Of a DNA stretch of 64,000 bases, positions 58,189 through 64,000 are shown one piece after another (position 1 is the first letter of the stretch; each line of letters opens with the position of its first letter). Under the pieces are notes generated by a model. It was not told the DNA's origin. It searched no databases and was given only the letters and a program-made list of their open reading frames with translations. The translations under genes and the position numbers were made by a program. The stretch lies in sequence record MZ475898.1. One strand, 5' to 3'.

Positions 58189-58571
58189 GAACTGAAATCA
58201 TCGTAGCGGGAGTTCTCTCTCAACTTTACACGCGGCTGATTACGGCCGCTATAATGAAAGCGCATGTGTATTACTCAGACCTTGCGCCGGTGGTGTTCGG
58301 TGTGCAGCTTACCAAAGTCGGTAAGTCGCAGTATCAAGCGCTGTGGGATTTAGTAGCGCTGACGATGCAGATGGACCACGCACACGGCCGACCGCCTGTT
58401 GCTGCTCTGTATGTGTCTCGCGCTAATGCATCAAAACGACCGCCGCAAGCATTCTTCGCTGAATACGAGCGGCTAACTGGTAAGCGACTCAATGACGACG
58501 ACTGGGAAGAGTTAGTCGATGAAGTATGGGCAGCTTACTCTCCACCAGAAATCTGTCAGGAGCCGACATGA
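58185..58571 (+). CDS. Putative winged-helix protein
   Basis: VYYSDLA...D-x-x-HGRPPVAALYV...P-x-x-FF...W-x-x-LVDEVWAAY. Confidence 0.6.
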   Translation: MRTEIIVAGVLSQLYTRLITAAIMKAHVYYSDLAPVVFGVQLTKVGKSQYQALWDLVALTMQMDHAHGRPPVAALYVSRANASKRPPQAFFAEYERLTGKRLNDDDWEELVDEVWAAYSPPEICQEPT

Positions 58572-59026
58572 AGAAGTTGAAAGCCGTAAAGGTTAAAATT
58601 AGCCGCGGTGGTTATAAGCCTTCTTCTAAGGAAGAGGCAAAGAAGCTGGTGGCAGAGTTTCTGCTCGGTACCATCGGCATTAGCCCAACGCAAGTCAGTC
58701 AACAACTGCTGTTGAATATCACGAACTACAACTATCTGACCTCTGTTGCGTATTCTGGACGTTCTACAGATTACAGCCAAGCGGCAGCGCACAAAACTGT
58801 AAAAGAACTAAATGAATTTTGTCGAAAGCATAAAATTCAACTGGGCTTGCTAATTATGCCCCACACGTCGGCGTCTGAATATGATGGTGACGTAATTGTT
58901 GCAATCCCGTGGGAGCATGTTAAGAACAATCCGCAAATCCAGTCTGCCGTTAATTCTCTGTTTGAATCGGTTGAAGCAGACGGCTACCCACAGTATGTGA
59001 CTGATGCTAAAACAGTAGAGGGATAA
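58568..59026 (+). CDS. Hypothetical protein
   Basis: AGGAG RBS before MKKLK. Confidence 0.75.
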   Translation: MKKLKAVKVKISRGGYKPSSKEEAKKLVAEFLLGTIGISPTQVSQQLLLNITNYNYLTSVAYSGRSTDYSQAAAHKTVKELNEFCRKHKIQLGLLIMPHTSASEYDGDVIVAIPWEHVKNNPQIQSAVNSLFESVEADGYPQYVTDAKTVEG

Positions 59027-59027
59027 G

Positions 59028-60308
59028 ATGTTCTACGACTATGTATTCAACTTCGACGAGCGCCAGACGCTACTGTCGTTAGCGGAATCCAAGTATCTTC
59101 TTAAACGGGACATTCCCGAGTATCTTAAAAAGTCCAAACACGCAATTGAGATTCGTCACACTGTGACCAATCGTGGACGCGAGCGCCGCTCAGGAACAAT
59201 AACAACTCCTATCGTGCCGCGTATTCACACCCGTGATGTTATGCGCTTGCTTGATGATATTCGTGACAACGCGACTTACAGCTCCTGCCAAAGTCTCGCT
59301 GAACTGTTTGAATTGGGCTTGGGCGTTCCGCGCCAGAAAGATATTGCTACTTACCTTCATGCTTATTCGCGTGAGCACGACAAGAAAGGTATCGGTATCA
59401 AGTATATCCGCAAGCTGGTGGTTGATTATCATCGTAAGCACCGTCGTAGTATGGCGGGCAGTCGCTGGTTAATGCCTGCTGCTTACACGGCCAATCTGCT
59501 GAACATGCAGAACTTCATTCATCTGAAAGAAGACGGCTACAAGGGTAAAGTCAAAACGCCAGACGGCATCCCTGTAGTCTTGATTTACCAGAGCACTGAA
59601 TACGCGACTGGCGAGTTTACTTTGTGTGACGCATTCATGATTAGTCCGATGGGATATCCAATGCCGTTCGCACAGATTGCGCTGCGTCCCGAGTTCAAGG
59701 CTGTGCCTAAAACGTTTTGCTCCCAAGCTCTGCGCGGCAAAGGCATGTACTCAATGGTTCTCGGTATGATTTACTGGGAGAAAGGTGATTCAGTCGAATT
59801 GACCCGCGAAGTCATGGAGATTGATGATAACCAGTATCTCACGTTGCTTGATGATGAACGTTACGCTGACCGTCGCTCTGATGAATATTCAGCGATGCTG
59901 GTCAAGCGTGAAGAGTTCCGTCGTAATCGTGACAAGTGGCAGTCAGTGATTGATAAGTACGGCCAAACAGTTCGAACTCTCAAGCCTGAGATTAGCGCTC
60001 GTCTTGATCGTGCTCGTCAGTTCTTCTACGACCGTGCCGAGTTCCTGAAAGAGTTCGAGTCTCAGGAGAAGCGTGAGAACACCCGCGCATCAAAACGTTT
60101 TGCTGTAGCGTCTGCGATGTTTGCAGCGGTTGACTGTGGGACAATTGCTGATCGTCAGACCTACCTTGCAGTAAGCACAAAGATTGATAAAGTGCATGAC
60201 ATTCTCGGTAAGTGGGGATTCAACACTGTAAAATCTGTTAATGCTAGTTTGAAGAAGTCTCTTTTAACCTATGACGAATCAGGCGTATCTCGCGTCTGGT
60301 CACTATAA
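59028..60308 (+). CDS. Hypothetical protein
   Basis: Long ORF, coupled to the previous gene. Confidence 0.8.
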   Translation: MFYDYVFNFDERQTLLSLAESKYLLKRDIPEYLKKSKHAIEIRHTVTNRGRERRSGTITTPIVPRIHTRDVMRLLDDIRDNATYSSCQSLAELFELGLGVPRQKDIATYLHAYSREHDKKGIGIKYIRKLVVDYHRKHRRSMAGSRWLMPAAYTANLLNMQNFIHLKEDGYKGKVKTPDGIPVVLIYQSTEYATGEFTLCDAFMISPMGYPMPFAQIALRPEFKAVPKTFCSQALRGKGMYSMVLGMIYWEKGDSVELTREVMEIDDNQYLTLLDDERYADRRSDEYSAMLVKREEFRRNRDKWQSVIDKYGQTVRTLKPEISARLDRARQFFYDRAEFLKEFESQEKRENTRASKRFAVASAMFAAVDCGTIADRQTYLAVSTKIDKVHDILGKWGFNTVKSVNASLKKSLLTYDESGVSRVWSL

Positions 60309-60329
60309 CCCTTATCTGAGGAGATAAAC

Positions 60330-63300
60330 ATGTCCGAGAACAATCAAAGCGGAGCTACTCGCTTCGGCACAGAAGTGCAGGCCGGCATCGCAGAAGCGCA
60401 ACGCCGTGCTAACTCTGCTGAGAGTGGCAAGCTGAACAAATGCACGATCATCGTGCTGACTTCGATTGACGCCAACCAGCGTTACTCTTATCTGTCCGCA
60501 GACGAACAACTGCGCGAAGAACTGGTGCGTGGTAAAGTAATCAATCGTCTTCCTGATCTGTTAGAGCGTGCTGGTGGTAATACCGCTGCTGACAATAACA
60601 GCGCGTTCCACATCCTGCACCCGAACAACGGTGTGCCTACCTCGATCGATGCTCGCATCAAAGTGGGCGAAGGCAATGCGGTCATTCTGTCATATACTGT
60701 AAACAAAGCAGTGACAGAGATGCACGGTAGCTTATCGCTTGCTCTGTTTGCATCTGGCGCCGAAGACTTAAATGATCTGGCCGCTGATTTCGGTATTCAC
60801 GCAATTGCGATTGTTGAAGAATCGAAAGCCGCTGAGTTCATCAAAGGACTTGAAGCTCAGGTGGAAGCGTTGAATATTGTAAATCTCACTAGCATTGATG
60901 ATTCTAACGATTCGTTAGACCTGCCAGTGATTGACTTCGCTGCATTAGCGGGCAATCCTACAACAGTGCTTACGGGCGCTGTGCGTACCTTCATCATGCA
61001 ATCAATCAGCGGCGAAGTCTTCGCTGCAATCCCTAATAACGGAGAACTGAACGTGAAAAACGATAACGTGGCTCAGCCTGCTGACCTGGAAGAAGACTTC
61101 GACAACAATGATGAGATTGTTGATCAGAACGGCGGCGAAGGCGAAGTTACTGGCGAAGAGCTGCTGGGCTACAAAGCAGAAAATCTTTCGCTCGACCAAA
61201 TGCGTAGTGCGCTTGAAGCGATCAACTACGACCTGTCTGAAATGACGGAAGAAGCAATCCGTGAAGCGTTCGAAACTGAACAGAACCTTTACCTGGGTGG
61301 TGGCGATGATGAATCTTCCGAAGAAGAGGAAGATGAAGACGCCGCTGATGTTGACAGCGACGACGAAGAAGAGGAAGAAGACGAGGAGTTCGATGCTCCT
61401 GCGTATCTGGCTCAAGCGCTCGCTGCTGAAAACTTTAGCCGTAGCGATCTGAAACTGCTGGTCAAGTCGCAAGACCTGAAAGTGATGAAGAACGACACTC
61501 CTGAAACTCTGGTGCAGAAGCTGCTGGATCTGGTACAGGATGCATCGTCTGATGAAGTGTTCGAACTGATCACTGTGTTCGTTGAACTGCTGGACGAGCA
61601 CGGCGTTGAATGTGACGCGCTGCGTGCTACCATCGCTGAGGATGAAAGCGATGAAGACGAAGAAGAGGACGGCGAAGACGAAGACGCCGATGAAGATGGC
61701 GACGACGAAGAAGAGGAAGATGAAGAGGAGTCTGATGAAGACGAATCTGAAACCGAATCTGACGACGAACCAGCAACGCTGTTTTCTCCCTCTGACGTTA
61801 CTGATCCTCTCGACTACTTCCAGTTCGAAGGTGGTGACCTGACTCACGAACAACGCGCCGCTGCCGTACAGGCGATGGGCTCAAGCACCGCCGGTCTGAA
61901 CATCGTTCAGGTCATGAAAGCGTTCAATCAAATCCGTTCGCAGTCTAACGCGATTGACATTGCCGCTGATGAAGCAGACTCTGCGCTGTACGATGTGCTG
62001 ACTGCGCTGCCGTATGCAACGCTGCTGAGCTTCGCTCAAGAGATTGAGCTGGACGTTGATGGCGAAGAGTCTGCCGAAGATCTCGTCACTCTGCTGATGG
62101 ACGAATCTACTGCCGACAGCGATACGCTGAAAGCGTTGGCGTATGTGTTCGAAACCTACGGCGGCCTGGGTGTTGAAGCAGATGATATCCTGCTGATGGA
62201 CTGGCATGAAGCGCTGGCGCTGGTTATTCCTGTGTATGCATCGTCAGACGAAGTTGAGTCCGATGCAGAAGAAGACGAAGACGTTATCGCTGATGAAGAT
62301 TCGTCTAACGCTAACCTGAAGTTCCTGAAATCTGTTGACGTCAACAACCCTGTCGGCCCGATGCTCGAAGTTGATATGGACCGCACTCTGGTTATCAACT
62401 ACACCTTCACTGACGGTAACACTTACCGCGATGTGCAAGATGAGCTGGCTGATATCGGTGGCGTTAACTACCGCTTCCCGTTCAATCTGGGCAAAGCTGG
62501 TAAAGCAAACAAGAGCAGCGCGCCTGGTAGCCTGATTGCTCCTGCTGAACATCTGATCGCAATGTTAGACCGCGCCGGTACTACTCGCTTCTTAGCTGAC
62601 CCGAACACCTTCGATGTTGGTGTGTGGGCAGAATCTCTGGAGCGTATGCTGAACGCAGAAATCGCTAACAACCTGTACGCTGGTCGCATTGAAGACGGCG
62701 CTGACCCGCAGCAAGCTGGCATCGTAGTCGGTGACTTCATCGATGAAGACGAGCAAGCAGAAGTTGCTGACCTCGGCCTGCTGGATGAAGATGAGCTGGA
62801 AGCGTACACTGGTGATCATCTGCCGATTGCAAGCCTGTACAATGCGCAAGCCCGCGTCCGTCCAGTCAACGTCGATAGCTCTTACGTTGCACTGAGCACC
62901 GTAGTGCTGAACGTTGCAGTCCCTGGCTTCTGGTGTGACTCTGATGTTGGCCGTCTGGTGCAAGCGTGTGTTAATCGCGTAATCAGCCTGGCGGAAAGCG
63001 TTGAAGGCATCAAAGTGTATGCAGGCTTCACTCTGGAATCTGCTGCGCTGCTGAACAACGGTCGCCTGTACGAAGTTGTTGGTGCGCTGCGTGAGATGGA
63101 CGGTGTGCAGTCTTACTCTGCCGCTGACGCTGCTAACTTCTCAGAAGCGGAAGACATTATCGAAGTAGCGTCTTCTATCGATGATCGTGACCTGCCGTTC
63201 ACTGTACTGGCAAGCGGCCTGTCTGGCGCAACGTTTGAAAACGGCGGTGACCTGACCGTGCTGGTTCCGTGCTCTGTCTTCGACGAAGAGGAAGATGAGT

Positions 63301-63335
63301 CCGAAGAGGACGAGTCAGAAGAAGACGAAGAGTAA
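60330..63335 (+). CDS. Giant acidic protein (1001 aa) with D/E tracts and several HeH-like modules
   Basis: GAGGAG RBS; ENLSLDQMRSAL, ENFSRSDLKLLVK...DTPETLVQKLL, TALPYATLLSFAQEI...ESAEDLVTLL. Confidence 0.85.
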   Translation: MSENNQSGATRFGTEVQAGIAEAQRRANSAESGKLNKCTIIVLTSIDANQRYSYLSADEQLREELVRGKVINRLPDLLERAGGNTAADNNSAFHILHPNNGVPTSIDARIKVGEGNAVILSYTVNKAVTEMHGSLSLALFASGAEDLNDLAADFGIHAIAIVEESKAAEFIKGLEAQVEALNIVNLTSIDDSNDSLDLPVIDFAALAGNPTTVLTGAVRTFIMQSISGEVFAAIPNNGELNVKNDNVAQPADLEEDFDNNDEIVDQNGGEGEVTGEELLGYKAENLSLDQMRSALEAINYDLSEMTEEAIREAFETEQNLYLGGGDDESSEEEEDEDAADVDSDDEEEEEDEEFDAPAYLAQALAAENFSRSDLKLLVKSQDLKVMKNDTPETLVQKLLDLVQDASSDEVFELITVFVELLDEHGVECDALRATIAEDESDEDEEEDGEDEDADEDGDDEEEEDEEESDEDESETESDDEPATLFSPSDVTDPLDYFQFEGGDLTHEQRAAAVQAMGSSTAGLNIVQVMKAFNQIRSQSNAIDIAADEADSALYDVLTALPYATLLSFAQEIELDVDGEESAEDLVTLLMDESTADSDTLKALAYVFETYGGLGVEADDILLMDWHEALALVIPVYASSDEVESDAEEDEDVIADEDSSNANLKFLKSVDVNNPVGPMLEVDMDRTLVINYTFTDGNTYRDVQDELADIGGVNYRFPFNLGKAGKANKSSAPGSLIAPAEHLIAMLDRAGTTRFLADPNTFDVGVWAESLERMLNAEIANNLYAGRIEDGADPQQAGIVVGDFIDEDEQAEVADLGLLDEDELEAYTGDHLPIASLYNAQARVRPVNVDSSYVALSTVVLNVAVPGFWCDSDVGRLVQACVNRVISLAESVEGIKVYAGFTLESAALLNNGRLYEVVGALREMDGVQSYSAADAANFSEAEDIIEVASSIDDRDLPFTVLASGLSGATFENGGDLTVLVPCSVFDEEEDESEEDESEEDEE

Positions 63336-63386
63336 TTGACATGCGGTCCTTCGGGGCCGCAATCTTTCTCAACAGGAACTGTCTAA

Positions 63387-64000
63387 ATGTCAGAACAAGT
63401 TGACCACGCAACTAACATCATTAAGATGGTTAGTGACCGTGATGCTAAGATTAGCGAGCTGTCCGTTACGGCAAACGAGCTGCAAGGTCAGGTTAATGAC
63501 TATGCAGCCGAACTCGCCGCATCTGCTGTGCGTGAAACTGCATTGCGTTTGAAGCTACGTTCTCAAGAGCGCCAGACGAATACTGATTTAGTTCGTCTGG
63601 AAACTCGCACGAAAGAGCTGGTGGATATTTCAAACACTCAGATGGCCGAAAGCAACGAGCTTAAAGCACGCGTTGAAGAAATGAACGCTAAGCTGGCGCA
63701 AGTTGACCCGATGCCGTTCGTGCTGCATCTGGTTGCTGTGCAAGCCGCATCTGTGTTCTCGTACATGGTGCAGTCGTTTGCTCATGCTCATGTTAACCAG
63801 CGCACCAACGATACCACACGCACACTCAGTGCTCTGATGGTAGGCGAGACAGCGCGGCGCTATCAGTCTTTCGAAAAGACCATCGCTCGCTACTGCAACT
63901 CGATTGGCGCTGAACGTCCGAAAGCAAATGATGTGCGTAACGCTTTCCCTGACTTCATGCGTAATGAAGCTGATTTATTCTGTAAAGACCCGAAGTACAG
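63387..64000 (+). CDS. Coiled-coil protein, 3'-truncated by the window edge
   Basis: AGGA RBS; MSEQVDHATNIIKMVSDRDAKISEL...; frame open to the window end; absent from the track because it has no stop. Confidence 0.75.
   Translation, partial: MSEQVDHATNIIKMVSDRDAKISELSVTANELQGQVNDYAAELAASAVRETALRLKLRSQERQTNTDLVRLETRTKELVDISNTQMAESNELKARVEEMNAKLAQVDPMPFVLHLVAVQAASVFSYMVQSFAHAHVNQRTNDTTRTLSALMVGETARRYQSFEKTIARYCNSIGAERPKANDVRNAFPDFMRNEADLFCKDPKY

Overview
This 64-kb window is a gene-dense segment of a large lytic dsDNA (jumbo) bacteriophage infecting an enterobacterium. By inference from gene content (AmsF/WceF-like protein, YbiI-like DksA/TraR protein, UvsE, Tpt1, Ig-repeat virion protein, phage sigma factor) it resembles the Erwinia/Dickeya Y3/Yoloswag/JA11-AD1-like myoviruses. 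Almost all genes lie on the + strand; the primase and a small ORF overlapping its 3' end are the exceptions. The first ~23 kb hold conserved genes: Ig-repeat virion protein, primase, Cas4-like exonuclease, SWIM protein, metallophosphoesterase, Acb1-like 2H phosphoesterase, sigma factor, SSB with a long charge-block tail, intein-containing RecA/UvsX, an AcrVA2/FinQ-family protein and an AmsF-like tailspike-fold protein. From ~23.7 to 54 kb is an early accessory region of small ORFs driven by 11 copies of one promoter architecture (GGnnRAAA box 29-30 nt upstream of a -10 hexamer, usually followed by a 5' stem-loop). From 54 to 64 kb is a block of large, highly charged proteins carrying recurrent HeH/Rho-N-like modules, headed by two copies of a covarying two-stem RNA motif. 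No tRNA, rRNA, CRISPR array, integrase or IS element was seen. All family calls come from motif recognition by eye, not database searches.
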